Shown: positions 8,746 through 19,491, counted from the stretch's first letter. The stretch is 64,000 nucleotides of DNA from an uncultured Chloroflexia bacterium (GCA_963703345.1 OY969814.1:1440001-1504000); one strand, 5' to 3'. Notes: generated by a model from the sequence alone, not told the origin. Numbers and translations: made by a program.

Positions 8746-11574
8746 ATGGACTCCCTCGGATTCGTCAAGAAGTGGGCCGCCTCCACCCAAAGCGAAAGTG
8801 CGGCTGCGCAGGAGCATTTCATCGACCTCTGCCACACGCTGAATGAGGGCACGCCCAATGATGACCCCAGCGGCGATTACTTCGCCTTTGAGAAGGGCGC
8901 CAAGCGGCCCGACGGCGACGGATTCGCGGACGTATGGCTCAAGAACCACTTTGCCTGGGAGTACAAAGGCAAACACAAAGACCTGGGCAATGCTTACAAG
9001 CAAGTTCAGACGTATCGCGAGGCGCTGGGCAACCCGCCGCTGCTGGTGGTCTGCGATATAGAACGATTCGAGGTCCACACCAACTGGACGAATACGGAGA
9101 CCTGGATCTACCGCTTTCGTAACGCCGACATCGCCCTGGACGAGCCGGTTGAAGTCACCACCTACGGCGGGCCCGCTGCCGACGCCCCGAAGCTCACCGC
9201 CCTGCAAGTCCTGAAGGCGCTTTTCGAGGAGCCGGAGCGCCTGAAGCCCCTGCGGACCACGGAGCAAATCACGCAGGAAGCCGCCAAGCTCTTCGGCCGC
9301 ATCACTGACGACCTGCGCAAATGGAAGGTGGAGGACATGCGCATCGCTCGCTTCGTAACGCGGGTGATGTTCTGCATGTTCGCAACGGACGTGGGCCTTC
9401 TGCCGCGCGAGACCTTCAGCGAGGTCATCAACGTCAACAAGGACGACCCCGCCGCATTCCGCGAGAACCTGTCGGCGCTGTTCGGCGTCATGGCGGAAGG
9501 CGGCAAGTTCCTCATGCACCCCGTTCCCCACTTCAACGGCCGCTTGTTTGAGGACAGCGACGTGCCCGACGAGATCCACGGCGAGCATGTGCGTGTGCTG
9601 GAAGACCTCAACGACCTCAACTGGGCGGATGTCGAACCGGTAATCTTCGGCACCCTGTTCGAGCGGGTCATCGACCCCGCTCAGCGCAGGCGGATCGGCG
9701 CGCACTACACGTCCCGCGCGGATATCGAGCTGATCGTTGAGCCGGTGCTGATGGCGCCCCTCAGACGCGAGTGGGACCAGATCAAGGCGGCGGCAGAGGA
9801 CCTGGCGGAGAACGCGGCTTCGCGGCGGCGCATCGCCCGAGCGCTGCAGACGTTCCATGAGCGGCTGGCAACCATCCGCGTCCTTGACCCAGCCTGTGGC
9901 TCCGGCAACTTCCTCTACGTCTCCCTGGCTCTTCTCAAGGCTCTCGAAAAAGAGGTTGTCGCCTTCGCGTCGTTGCATGACATTGCGCTCGTCCCGCGCG
10001 TTCACCCGCGCCAACTGATGGGCCTGGAGATCAGCGAGTACGCGCGCGAGCTGGCGTCCATAGTCATCTGGATAGGTTACCTGCAGTGGAAGCACCGCAA
10101 CGTGATGCCATTCGACGACGAGACTCCGATCTTGCAGCCGCTGGACCAAATCGCGTTCGGAGATGCCATCGTTGACCTCTCGGACCCCAGCCGGCCGCGC
10201 ATCCCTGAGTGGCCGGAAGCGGACGTAATCGTGGGCAACCCGCCGTTCCTCGGCGGCAAGCTCCTGCGCCGGCACCTGGGCGACGAATACGTTGACAAGT
10301 TGTTCGCCGCCTGGGACGGGCAGGTGGCTCGTGAGTCCGATCTCTGCTGCTACTGGTTCGAGCAGGGCCGCCGCGCCGTCGAAGCAGGCCGCGCCAGACG
10401 CGTGGGGCTTCTTGCCACTCAAGCGATCCGGGGCGGGGCCAACCGGCGCGTTCTGCAACGGATCAAGGAGACCGGCGACATCTTCTACGCTCAGGCCGAC
10501 CGCAAGTGGATACAGGACGGAGTTGCGGTCCGTGTCGCAATGATAGGGTTCGATGACGGCAGTCAACAGGAACGACTGCTGAACGAAGAGAAGGACGACG
10601 CGCCGGAACACGCCCTAGCACACGCCCGCCGCGTGTCCCAAATGAACGCCAACTTGACCTCTGCCGCGGACGTGACGAAGGCGCGACGCCTCGAAGAGAA
10701 TCTGGGTATTTCTTTCATGGGCGACACGAAGGTAGGGCCGTTTGAGATACCGGAGGCAAGAGCCAAAGAGATGCTGGGCAAGCCCAACCCGCACGGCAGA
10801 CCAAACTCAGATGTGGTGCGTCCTTGGGTGAACGGCTTGGATATCACGAGACGCCCACGGCACATGTGGATCATTGATTTCCCTCCCGGCACCAGCGAGA
10901 GCGAAGCTGCCCTCTACGAGGCGCCATTCGAGTACATCAAGAAATACGTTAAGCCCTTCCGAAAAAAGGCGCGGTCGGGGGACAGGACGGGAGTCGCGTG
11001 GTGGATACACCAGAGACCGCGACCGGAGTTGCGGGCGGCGCTCGAAGGGCTTCCACGGTATATTGCCACCACCCGCGTTGCGAAGTACCGCTCGTTTGTA
11101 TGGCTGACACCTGCCGTGTTGCCGGACTGCCGCCTTATCGCGTTTGCCCGCGCGGACGACTACTTCTTCGGCGTCCTGCATTCGCGGGCCGACGAAGTGT
11201 GGGCTTTGCTCCTAGGCAGCCAGCTTGAGTCGCGCCCGCATTACACGCCGACGACTTCCTTCGAGACGTTCTCGCTCCCGCACCCGACACCGAGTCAAAA
11301 GGCCGCGATCGCTGAGGCGGCGCGGGAACTCGATGAGCTGCGCCAGGCCTGGCTCAACCCGCCGGAGGACAACATTGCTCCCAGCGAGTTAAGGAAGCGC
11401 ACCCTAACCAACCTCTACAACCAGCGCCCCACATGGCTGGCAAACGCGCATCGCAAGCTGGACGAGGCGGTGTTCGCGGCATACGGCTGGCCGGAGTCGC
11501 CTGACGCGCTGTCGGACGCCGAAATCGTCAAGCGCCTGCTTGCGCTGAACCTGCAGCGGGAGGCGGTTGAGTAG
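8746..11574 (+). CDS. MmeI-like (type IIG/IIL) fused restriction endonuclease / N6-adenine methyltransferase
   Basis: N-terminal AD...EYK nuclease motif, GAHYTS, DPACGSGNF (motif I), GNPPF (motif IV), C-terminal RTLTNLYN...HRKLDEAV. Confidence 0.93.
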   Translation: MDSLGFVKKWAASTQSESAAAQEHFIDLCHTLNEGTPNDDPSGDYFAFEKGAKRPDGDGFADVWLKNHFAWEYKGKHKDLGNAYKQVQTYREALGNPPLLVVCDIERFEVHTNWTNTETWIYRFRNADIALDEPVEVTTYGGPAADAPKLTALQVLKALFEEPERLKPLRTTEQITQEAAKLFGRITDDLRKWKVEDMRIARFVTRVMFCMFATDVGLLPRETFSEVINVNKDDPAAFRENLSALFGVMAEGGKFLMHPVPHFNGRLFEDSDVPDEIHGEHVRVLEDLNDLNWADVEPVIFGTLFERVIDPAQRRRIGAHYTSRADIELIVEPVLMAPLRREWDQIKAAAEDLAENAASRRRIARALQTFHERLATIRVLDPACGSGNFLYVSLALLKALEKEVVAFASLHDIALVPRVHPRQLMGLEISEYARELASIVIWIGYLQWKHRNVMPFDDETPILQPLDQIAFGDAIVDLSDPSRPRIPEWPEADVIVGNPPFLGGKLLRRHLGDEYVDKLFAAWDGQVARESDLCCYWFEQGRRAVEAGRARRVGLLATQAIRGGANRRVLQRIKETGDIFYAQADRKWIQDGVAVRVAMIGFDDGSQQERLLNEEKDDAPEHALAHARRVSQMNANLTSAADVTKARRLEENLGISFMGDTKVGPFEIPEARAKEMLGKPNPHGRPNSDVVRPWVNGLDITRRPRHMWIIDFPPGTSESEAALYEAPFEYIKKYVKPFRKKARSGDRTGVAWWIHQRPRPELRAALEGLPRYIATTRVAKYRSFVWLTPAVLPDCRLIAFARADDYFFGVLHSRADEVWALLLGSQLESRPHYTPTTSFETFSLPHPTPSQKAAIAEAARELDELRQAWLNPPEDNIAPSELRKRTLTNLYNQRPTWLANAHRKLDEAVFAAYGWPESPDALSDAEIVKRLLALNLQREAVE

Positions 11575-11745
11575 CTAAGGCCGGGCCTGGCGCTCGAGGA
11601 GGCGAATTCGTCGGGCGGCCCGACCTTGGGCTGGGATGGCGAACCTAGCCATCAACATCCACACTTAGTGTCTGTTTGTCCCTTGGTGCCGGTCAACCGC
11701 TTACGAATGGAACTCACTTCGTAACCGCGGCGTTGTCCAAGATCA

Positions 11746-12786
11746 TCACAGAACATCAAGAGAACCATCCTGCTCCGGGTGGCTCTCTTCGGCGGGATGT
11801 CCGCCGAACCGCTCTTGCACACGCGCCAGTATTTCGCCTGCCTCCCGCATCATCCTCGAGAGGAGTTCTTCGCAGCTTACGACGTCGTCAACGAGCCCGA
11901 TGGACTGGCCAACCGGGAACGGGCTGCACTCGACGTCGCCGGTCTCCCAGGCCACGCTCTGACGCTGGCCGTCGATCAAGGGGATGATCTCTTCCAAACC
12001 GCCTCGTCGGGCTTCGACCTCGATCACCTTCTCGACCTGCGCGTTCCTCAGGGCCCGCATCTGTAGGTTGATGCTCCGGCAGATCATGACCGTGTCATTC
12101 TCGTGCCGCTGGACGAGCTCTTCTTTGATGCGCTGGTGCGCGAGACACTCGGTCGTAGCTATGAACCGCGAGGCCATCATCACGCCCTCGGCTCCCAGCA
12201 CCATGGCCGCCGCCATCCCGCGTCCATCGGCGATGCCGCCCGCCGTGACGACGGGGATGCCCACCGACTGGCAGATCCGCGGCGTGAGCAGCATTGTCGT
12301 GACGTCTTCGTTCAGGGGATGCCCGCCCTCTTCGAAGCCGGCGGCGATCACGGCGTCGTAGCCCGCCTCCTCGGCGTGCATGGCGTGCTTCACCGCGCCG
12401 ACCTTGTGTATCAGCTTGACGCCCGAGTCCCCCGCCCGGCGGATGGCGTCGGGTCCCAGGTACTTGTCCAGAGGCGCGCCTGATATATCGATGGCGCATA
12501 CCTTCTCCTCACAGCAGACGGCGAAGTACCCTTGGTGCAGGTCCTTGGCGATGCGGACGGACGGCAAAAGCGTCAGGTTTACGCAAAACGGCTTGTCTGT
12601 GAGCTGTCTCGTCCTGGCAATGGCCTGGCGTAGCGCGTCCGCGGAGTCGTAGTTGCCGGCGGTCAAGTTGCCGAGGCCGCCGGCGTTGGATACGGCGGCG
12701 CAGAGCTCCGGCTTCGCCAGCCACATCATCGCGCCGCAGAGGATCGGATACTTGATGCCGAACAGCTCCGTGACCCTTGTCTTCAT
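11746..12786 (-). CDS. Nitronate monooxygenase / FabK-like flavin oxidoreductase
   Basis: TELFGIKYPI, AVSNAGGLG, GFEEGGH, AGGIADGRG. Confidence 0.9.
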   Translation of the reverse strand: MKTRVTELFGIKYPILCGAMMWLAKPELCAAVSNAGGLGNLTAGNYDSADALRQAIARTRQLTDKPFCVNLTLLPSVRIAKDLHQGYFAVCCEEKVCAIDISGAPLDKYLGPDAIRRAGDSGVKLIHKVGAVKHAMHAEEAGYDAVIAAGFEEGGHPLNEDVTTMLLTPRICQSVGIPVVTAGGIADGRGMAAAMVLGAEGVMMASRFIATTECLAHQRIKEELVQRHENDTVMICRSINLQMRALRNAQVEKVIEVEARRGGLEEIIPLIDGQRQSVAWETGDVECSPFPVGQSIGLVDDVVSCEELLSRMMREAGEILARVQERFGGHPAEESHPEQDGSLDVL

Positions 12787-12967
12787 CAGTCTCCTCCTCG
12801 CTTCGATCACTTGAGAAGCGGTCTCATCCTATTGCCTTCGCCGCATGGACACAATCGAAGGGGCACCGGCGGCTGCGCAAGACCCAATCGACTGCTTAAC
12901 GTATGATATTGCCGGCAGGACCCTGACAAATACCGCAGGCCACAATGATGCTAGGAGTCAGAGAGCC

Positions 12968-14002
12968 ATGATGGTAGTGATGAAGAAAGACCACAGCCCG
13001 CAGGAGTTGCAGGCGGTACTTGACCACCTGGAGGAAGGTGGGCTTTCCGGTCATAAGATCATTGGCGTCGAACGGACCGTCGTCGGCGTCGTCGGCCTGA
13101 TCTACCCTGAGCTTTCCGATGAGCTGAGGGCCTTCCCGGGTGTCGACCAGACGGTGCCCATCTCCAAGCCGTACAAGCTGGCGAGCCGCGAACTCAGGCC
13201 GCACGACACCATCGTGAAAGTGGGCAACGTCGAGATAGGCGGCGGCTCAACCGTCGTCATCGCTGGCCAGTGCTCGGTCGACACGCCGGAGCAAATGCTG
13301 GAGACGGCACAGGCGGTGAAAGCGGCCGGCGGGCACCTCCTTCGCGGCGGCGCCTTCAAGCCGCGGAGCAGCCCTCACGCCTTTCGCGGCCTGGTCGAAG
13401 AGGGGCTGCGCATCCTGGCGGAGGCGGGCGCGGCGGTCGGATTGCCGACGGTCAGCGAAGTCATGGACCCCCGCGATGTCGAGATCGTCGCCGAGCACGT
13501 CGACCTCCTGCAAATCGGCACCCGCAACGCCCAGAACTACTATCTGCTGGACGAGGTCGGCAACTGCGACAAGCCCGTGTTGCTGAAGCGCGGCATGGCC
13601 TGCTCCGTCGAGGAGTGGCTGCTCTGCGCCGAGTACGTTTTGGCGCGCGGCAACCAGCAGGTGATCCTTTGCGAACGCGGCATCCGCACCTTCGAGACCG
13701 GCACGCGGTTCACCCTCGACGTCGCCGCCATACCGCTGGCGAAGCGCCTCAGCCACCTTCCGGTCGTCGCCGACCCAAGCCACGGGACGGGCCGCTGGTA
13801 CCTGGTCGAGCCGATGTCCCTGGCGTCGGTGGCGGCGGGCGCGGACGGCCTGATGGTCGAGATCCACCCCGATCCGGACCGCGCGCTCTCCGATGGCGCC
13901 CAGAGCCTGACGTTCGCCAACTTCGCCCATTTGATGGAGCGCGTCAGGGTCGTGAGCGAGGCGGTTCAGCATCCCTTCGCTCGCGTCTTGGAGCGAGACT
14001 AG
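12968..14002 (+). CDS. aroF: DAHP synthase type I-beta with N-terminal regulatory domain
   Basis: AGQCSV, GGAFKPRS, QIGTRN, LLKRG, LCERG, DPSH motifs. Confidence 0.93.
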   Translation: MMVVMKKDHSPQELQAVLDHLEEGGLSGHKIIGVERTVVGVVGLIYPELSDELRAFPGVDQTVPISKPYKLASRELRPHDTIVKVGNVEIGGGSTVVIAGQCSVDTPEQMLETAQAVKAAGGHLLRGGAFKPRSSPHAFRGLVEEGLRILAEAGAAVGLPTVSEVMDPRDVEIVAEHVDLLQIGTRNAQNYYLLDEVGNCDKPVLLKRGMACSVEEWLLCAEYVLARGNQQVILCERGIRTFETGTRFTLDVAAIPLAKRLSHLPVVADPSHGTGRWYLVEPMSLASVAAGADGLMVEIHPDPDRALSDGAQSLTFANFAHLMERVRVVSEAVQHPFARVLERD

Positions 14003-14364
14003 GAGCCGCGATGGAGCGCGCTCATTCCGCCATCATGCTTGCATTGCCAGACTTCCCGACATACCGGGAGTTGACTCGACGCTACCGGAGATCGACGTTT
14101 GCGTATCATGGAGCCATGACATCGGCTCTTGCTATCTGTCCTACGCTTACAGAACCACCCGTCCTATCTAATACTGAGCCGATACCGCGGCGACGGCGAG
14201 AACCCTAACCCTGTGGGATAGCGATATTCCGACGATGTGAGAAAGACAATGACCAGGATTCCTCAGCGTGCCCTTGCCCGGCGTCACGACAAACGTAGAG
14301 GCACACCAGCCCTGATGAGAGTTCCGAGAAACGCAAAGGTCTTAGCTGTTTACCGAGGTGTCTT

Positions 14365-17052
14365 TTGAGAGACCTAGAGTCATTGACCAATCCCAAAGCA
14401 ATTGCCCTGATAGGCGCCACCGACCGGGATGGCTCAGTCGGTCAAACTCTTGTGACAAATCTCCTGCTGGGAAAGGGTGAAAGGAAGATCTACTTTGTGA
14501 ACCCTAAGCGCGAGAGTGCGATGGGTGAAGAATGCTATGCCAGTGTAGCCGACGTCCCCGAGCCGGTGGACATGGCGGTCGTGGCCACTCCTGCCGAGAC
14601 AGTCCCGCATATAGTGGAAGAGTGCGGACAAGCAGGGGTGGGAGGAATGGTCATCATTTCGGCCGGATTCAGGGAGGCAGGGCAGTCCGGGAGGAAGATC
14701 GAGGACGAGATAGCAGCCATCAGGACGAGGTACGGGATGCGGATCCTTGGCCCCAACTGCCTCGGGATCATCAGACCTCACGCAAACTTGAACGCGACGT
14801 TCCTAAGACAGAACCCTGAGCCGGGACGAATGGCCTTCATATCCCAGAGCGGGGCGCTCGGATCAGCGATCCTCGATTGGGCCGTCAGCTCGAACGTCGG
14901 ATTCAGCGCATTCGTGTCCGTCGGCTCCATGCTGGACGTCGACTTCGGTGACCTGATTGACTTTCTTGGCGAAGACCCGTTTACCAGGAGCATAATAGTC
15001 TATATGGAGAGCGTGGGGAACGCGAGGCGATTCATGCGAGCGGCCAGGGGGTTCGCCAGAAAGAAGCCGATAGTCGTGATAAAGCCGGGGAAATACGCTG
15101 AGGGCGCCCGGGCGGCCCTGTCTCACACCGGAGCGATGGCCGGCAGCTATGAGGTGTACAGCGCTGCCTTCAGAAGAGCCGGAATAGTCCGGGTGGACGA
15201 AATCATGGATCTCTTCAACTGTGCGAGTGTCCTGGACTCCAAGTCTCTTCCCGCCGGGCCGAGAATCGCGATAATCACCAACGCCGGAGGTCCCGGGGTA
15301 ATAGCCGCCGATGCCGTAATGGGACGCGGGTGCGAACTCGCCCAGCTTTCCGAGGGGACGATTGCGGATCTTGACGCGTCTCTCCCCAGCTACTGGAGCC
15401 ACGCGAACCCCGTCGATGTGCTGGGGAATGCCGATGTTGACCGATTCGCGAAAGCGATCAGCACGTGCTTGGCCGATCCCGGCGTTGACGGCATAGTTGT
15501 CGTCTATACGCCGCAAGGTGCGGCGAGGCCGACCGAACTGGCGGAACGTGTCGTCGCCGCGGCAGAGAAGCGAATCAAGCCCATCCTGACCGTTTGGATG
15601 GGTGAGCATGAGGTTAGGGCCGGCCGGGAAGTGTTCCACAGCAAGAACATACCCACGTATGCATCCCCAGAGGCCGCAATAGGGACCTACATGTATATGT
15701 GGAAGTACAAACGCAATCTCGACCTACTCTATGAAACGCCCGAAGAACTCTCAGTGGGGCTCTCTCCTCCTTCCAGTCACGTCAGGCTCTTGGCAGAGCG
15801 TGCTCTGCGAGAGGGGAGAGTCTTCCTGACCGAAGACAAAGCTGACAGGTTCCTCGATACTTACGGGATACCAAGGGCAAGAGGGGTCCTTTGTACGAGC
15901 GTCGAGCAGGCTGCGTCCGCAGCGGTCTCCATAGGGTACCCCGTCGTTCTCAAGATAGTCTCGCCGGACATCATTCACAAAGTCGATGCCGGCGGAGTCA
16001 TCACCGGGGTGAGGTCCGAGACCGAGCTGAAAGAAGGTTTTTCCAAACTCCTGGATCGGGTCCGTGAGAAATCGCCGCAGGCGCAGATTGAAGGCGTCTA
16101 CGTCCAGAAAATGATTGAGGACGTGAGCTACGAACTGATCCTCGGATCGAAAAAGGACGAGGACTTCGGCTCGGTGATACTATTCGGAGCAGGCGGGATA
16201 GGCGTCGAGGCATACAGGGACTTCTCGATGGGGCTCCCCCCTCTCAACCAGACGCTAGCTCGGAGGCTGATGGAGGATACTAAGATATGGGAGATTCTTA
16301 AGAACGGACTTAGGAGCAGGCCTCCGGCTAACCTCAGACTTCTCGAGGAGATCGTGGTCAAGTTCTCGAACTTGGTGGTCGATTTCCCCGAGATAGCCGA
16401 GATTGACATAAACCCGCTGGCAGTCTGTGGGCAAGGAATCTACGCCCTCGACTCGAGGATAGTCCTGGACCCGCAAGGGTTGGACTCCAAGGATCCCTAC
16501 CGCCATCTCGTGATAATGCCCTACCCCGTCAGGTACATGACGCCTTGGAGACTCAAGGATGGCACTGAGGTTCTCCTCAGGCCCATACGCCCCGAGGACG
16601 AACCTCTGGAGGCGGAGCTAATCCGGGGCCTCTCCGACGAAACAAGCCGATTCAGGTTCTTTCAGGTGATGAGAAACATCACTCACGAGATGCTGATGGG
16701 GTACTGTAACATAGACTATGACCGCGAGATGGCGATAATTGCCGAGCTAACGGAGGGCGGTAAGAAGAGAAACATAGGGGTTGGTAGGCTGATAACGGAG
16801 CCCGGTGACAAACGGGCCGAGTTTGCAGTAGTGGTGGCCGACGACTTTGCTGGCAAGGGTCTTGGAATCAAGCTGGTGGACATGCTGATCGGCATAGGTG
16901 AGGAAAAAGGCCTGGAGACCATCTACGGAATAGTCCTGCCTGAGAACACGAAAATGATGGGTCTCTGTCGGGCTCTCGGGTTCGACATCAAGTACGGGCC
17001 TGGGGAAGTTGAGGTGGAGCTTAAGCTGGCAGGTCGGGGCAAGGATTCCTAG
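14365..17052 (+). CDS. NDP-forming acyl-CoA synthetase-like / GNAT protein lysine acetyltransferase (Pat, C-terminal GNAT)
   Basis: GPNCLG, SQSGA, SHTG, NPVD, ATP-grasp EIDINPL, C-terminal GNAT (IDYDREMA, GKGLG). Confidence 0.92.
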   Translation: MRDLESLTNPKAIALIGATDRDGSVGQTLVTNLLLGKGERKIYFVNPKRESAMGEECYASVADVPEPVDMAVVATPAETVPHIVEECGQAGVGGMVIISAGFREAGQSGRKIEDEIAAIRTRYGMRILGPNCLGIIRPHANLNATFLRQNPEPGRMAFISQSGALGSAILDWAVSSNVGFSAFVSVGSMLDVDFGDLIDFLGEDPFTRSIIVYMESVGNARRFMRAARGFARKKPIVVIKPGKYAEGARAALSHTGAMAGSYEVYSAAFRRAGIVRVDEIMDLFNCASVLDSKSLPAGPRIAIITNAGGPGVIAADAVMGRGCELAQLSEGTIADLDASLPSYWSHANPVDVLGNADVDRFAKAISTCLADPGVDGIVVVYTPQGAARPTELAERVVAAAEKRIKPILTVWMGEHEVRAGREVFHSKNIPTYASPEAAIGTYMYMWKYKRNLDLLYETPEELSVGLSPPSSHVRLLAERALREGRVFLTEDKADRFLDTYGIPRARGVLCTSVEQAASAAVSIGYPVVLKIVSPDIIHKVDAGGVITGVRSETELKEGFSKLLDRVREKSPQAQIEGVYVQKMIEDVSYELILGSKKDEDFGSVILFGAGGIGVEAYRDFSMGLPPLNQTLARRLMEDTKIWEILKNGLRSRPPANLRLLEEIVVKFSNLVVDFPEIAEIDINPLAVCGQGIYALDSRIVLDPQGLDSKDPYRHLVIMPYPVRYMTPWRLKDGTEVLLRPIRPEDEPLEAELIRGLSDETSRFRFFQVMRNITHEMLMGYCNIDYDREMAIIAELTEGGKKRNIGVGRLITEPGDKRAEFAVVVADDFAGKGLGIKLVDMLIGIGEEKGLETIYGIVLPENTKMMGLCRALGFDIKYGPGEVEVELKLAGRGKDS

Positions 17053-17487
17053 GTCAAGCTCCAGGCTGAGTTTTCTCATGACAGATACCAGGCGGGGGCC
17101 TTTCGGCTCCCACCTGGTTTGTCAAGGCGATGGCATCTCGGTCTTGCGAAAAACACTTGAAACCAGCCTGACGCGCCGCATCCTAGCGCCGGAAGAGCCG
17201 TCTGTCATAGATTCAGCGGAGCCGGCACCGTCTTCCCTTAGTGTCTGCATCAATTGCGGAAATGTCATTTGGCCGGCCACACTTCCTGAGACGCCGTCAA
17301 TCACGGACACGCCCGAGCGTCACGCGTGGCCGCCGGTTGGAAGGCTAGTGCGGGTCCGGTGAGCTCGCGCTAGGCAAGGCGTGCGATCACAGGCACCTTC
17401 GCCGCGGAAATCGTTCAATTCCTGAGTTAGTGCGCTTGTGAAGCGGGCGACGCTATGCTAGGCTTACGGGGCGGAAGGGGTGCCAGC

Positions 17488-17967
17488 ATGTCTCCGGAGG
17501 ACAGACCGATCGCACTTGCCCAGAGGGCTAAAGAGACCCTCGCCCTATCCGGCAACTGTGCCCAGACGTCGTTCGCGGTGCTCCAGCAGGAGTTCAATCT
17601 TGAAGGCGGGGCAGTCCTCAAGGCCCTCACCCCTTTCCCCGGCATTGCCTTGCGGGGCGAGACCTGCGGGGCGGTTGTCGGGTGCCTGATGGCAATCGGA
17701 TTGGTCTACGGCAGGGACAATCTCGATGACTGGAAGGGATACATCGCCTCCCTTCCTGCCTCTCGGAAGTTCTGTCAGCGATTTGAAGAGGCACACGGCA
17801 GCACGGCATGCGCTGGCCTTCTTGAAGCCAAGCTGGGCCGAAGGTTCAATCTCGCCGACCGTGGCGACTCCCTCGAGTACGCTGCCGCCGGAGGGCCGCA
17901 GGCATGCGGCGAGATAGTTGCCAGTGCGGTTCAAATCGCCGCCGGACTGATCACGAAGAAGGGCTAG
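17488..17967 (+). CDS. C_GCAxxG_C_C family putative redox-active protein
   Basis: GNCAQ, GETCGAVVG, GSTAC, late Cys. Confidence 0.88.
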   Translation: MSPEDRPIALAQRAKETLALSGNCAQTSFAVLQQEFNLEGGAVLKALTPFPGIALRGETCGAVVGCLMAIGLVYGRDNLDDWKGYIASLPASRKFCQRFEEAHGSTACAGLLEAKLGRRFNLADRGDSLEYAAAGGPQACGEIVASAVQIAAGLITKKG

Positions 17968-18288
17968 CCTCCGCATAACAACCTCGTCGCCTAGCCGCTG
18001 CGCGGCTGCTACCTGATCTTCCGAATCAGGCGGCCTGTCTGCTTGTAGAGCTGCCGGCGCACGAGGTGGGCGCCTATGCGCCGCGGGCGGCCGCTAGCGA
18101 TGATGCTCGCCGTTTGTCAGCAGGCCAGCGAGGGCGAACAACTTGCGGCTCACATCGCTCCTCCTTTAGCCTGCCCGCCAGCGCCTCCTGGCGTACCAGC
18201 CGCCCGCCGCGAGGACAGCGGCGGCATGATGCGAGGCGAGAACGCCGTCGCCAGCGTCTACATCCTCTCGCTGTGACGCGTTGGACGC

Positions 18289-19056
18289 TTAGCTCACGCT
18301 GGTCAGGCAGTAGAGGTTCGTCTTTTTCGTGTGCTGATAGAAGCCCTGCTCGCACATCGCCGGTGTGCCGTCAGCTGGCGAATCGACGCCTGCGATCAGC
18401 GTGAACGTCTTGCCGTCGGAAACGTACCAGTAGCCGTTGGTAATGGGATCTCCGTTCGGATCGCTCGGTATCGGGTCAAGGTAGTCCTTGATCTTGCAAA
18501 GAGTGTCCAGGCCCACGTAGCCGCACCCCGATTGGATATCTCCGTCGGTGCTGGGGAATTCGCCCTTGTCGGTCCTGTATTGGTCCAGCGCGACTCCGAT
18601 CCTATACAAATCGGAGGCCCGCGTTTGGTCGCGCGCGCGTGCCACAACGTCCGGCATAGCAGTCGGTCCCAGCGTCGGCGAAACGTGCGCCGCTTCGACG
18701 GTAGAACCGAATCCTTCCGCCGGCTGCGCCTGATTCTGAGGCTTAGCGCTGGTCGGGCCACCTGACGCCAGGTCCAGCGCCAGTGCGATGACGATGACGA
18801 GGATGACCGCCGCCACGGGTGTGTACGGGAGCCATTTGCGCCATTGTTGTCGCGAGCTGCCGGCACCCACGGCGTCGGCGAAACGTGCGCCGCTTCGGGT
18901 GGAGCGAATCACCTCTGGCGGCTGCGCCTGATTCTGTGGCTTCGCGTTCGTTGGATCGCCATGCGCCAGATAGAATGCCAGCGCGATGAGGATCACGAGG
19001 ATGACCGCCGCCACAGGTGTGTACGGGAGCCAGTTGCGCCATCGTTCTCGCGACAC
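18289..19056 (-). CDS. Membrane-anchored protein with duplicated TM segment and a GspG/pilin-like C-terminal domain
   Basis: Two WLPYTPVAAVILV repeats; ARDQTRASDL...ALDQYRTDKGEFP...YLDPIPSDP resembles a pseudopilin head; AGGAGG SD. Confidence 0.65.
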   Translation of the reverse strand: MSRERWRNWLPYTPVAAVILVILIALAFYLAHGDPTNAKPQNQAQPPEVIRSTRSGARFADAVGAGSSRQQWRKWLPYTPVAAVILVIVIALALDLASGGPTSAKPQNQAQPAEGFGSTVEAAHVSPTLGPTAMPDVVARARDQTRASDLYRIGVALDQYRTDKGEFPSTDGDIQSGCGYVGLDTLCKIKDYLDPIPSDPNGDPITNGYWYVSDGKTFTLIAGVDSPADGTPAMCEQGFYQHTKKTNLYCLTSVS

Positions 19057-19323
19057 GTCATCCCCCTCCTAACATACCCGCGACGCTGGCACCATTTTCC
19101 CGCATCGGACGCACTCGATACATTAGGGCTGCCCCTTACTTTTGCTCCGAGCGGGCGCTGGTGGCGCTCAGACGCGCTACAATCCGGCCGGTGCCTTCTT
19201 CGGGACGCCGCATGACGACGGCGGGGATGATGGGGCTGGGCCGGCAAACGCGATCATGTTCAGGCCGCGAGTCGCGGCAGTGGCAGGCTGACTAGGTTGG
19301 GGGGTGTCGTTCTTCCCGCCGGG

Positions 19324-19491
19324 TTAGGCTTGTCGCTGCTGGAACCCGCTTACGGACATCGCCAGCGCCACGACCCAGCCAATGAACGTCCAACCGAGAA
19401 ACAAGTTGAGAATGAGAATAGACGCCGCGTGCGGATGACTCCTCCCGAAGGCAACGAACGTAGGCGCGAAATAGAGGGCGAGCAGCAACAC
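19324..19491 (-). CDS. Superinfection immunity protein (T4 Imm-like, 55 aa, absent from ORF track)
   Basis: Manual translation ...LYFAPTFVAFGRSHPHAASILILNLFLGWTFIGWVVALAMS; the YFxP and NLFLGWTxIGW motifs are diagnostic. Confidence 0.85.
   Translation of the reverse strand: MLLLALYFAPTFVAFGRSHPHAASILILNLFLGWTFIGWVVALAMSVSGFQQRQA

Noticed and set aside
8593-10611. Long antisense ORFs (also 42963-44540, 57935-59386, 60975-62117, 30198-31217 and others)
   Set aside because: Shadow frames of well-supported genes, expected in high-GC DNA; no motifs.
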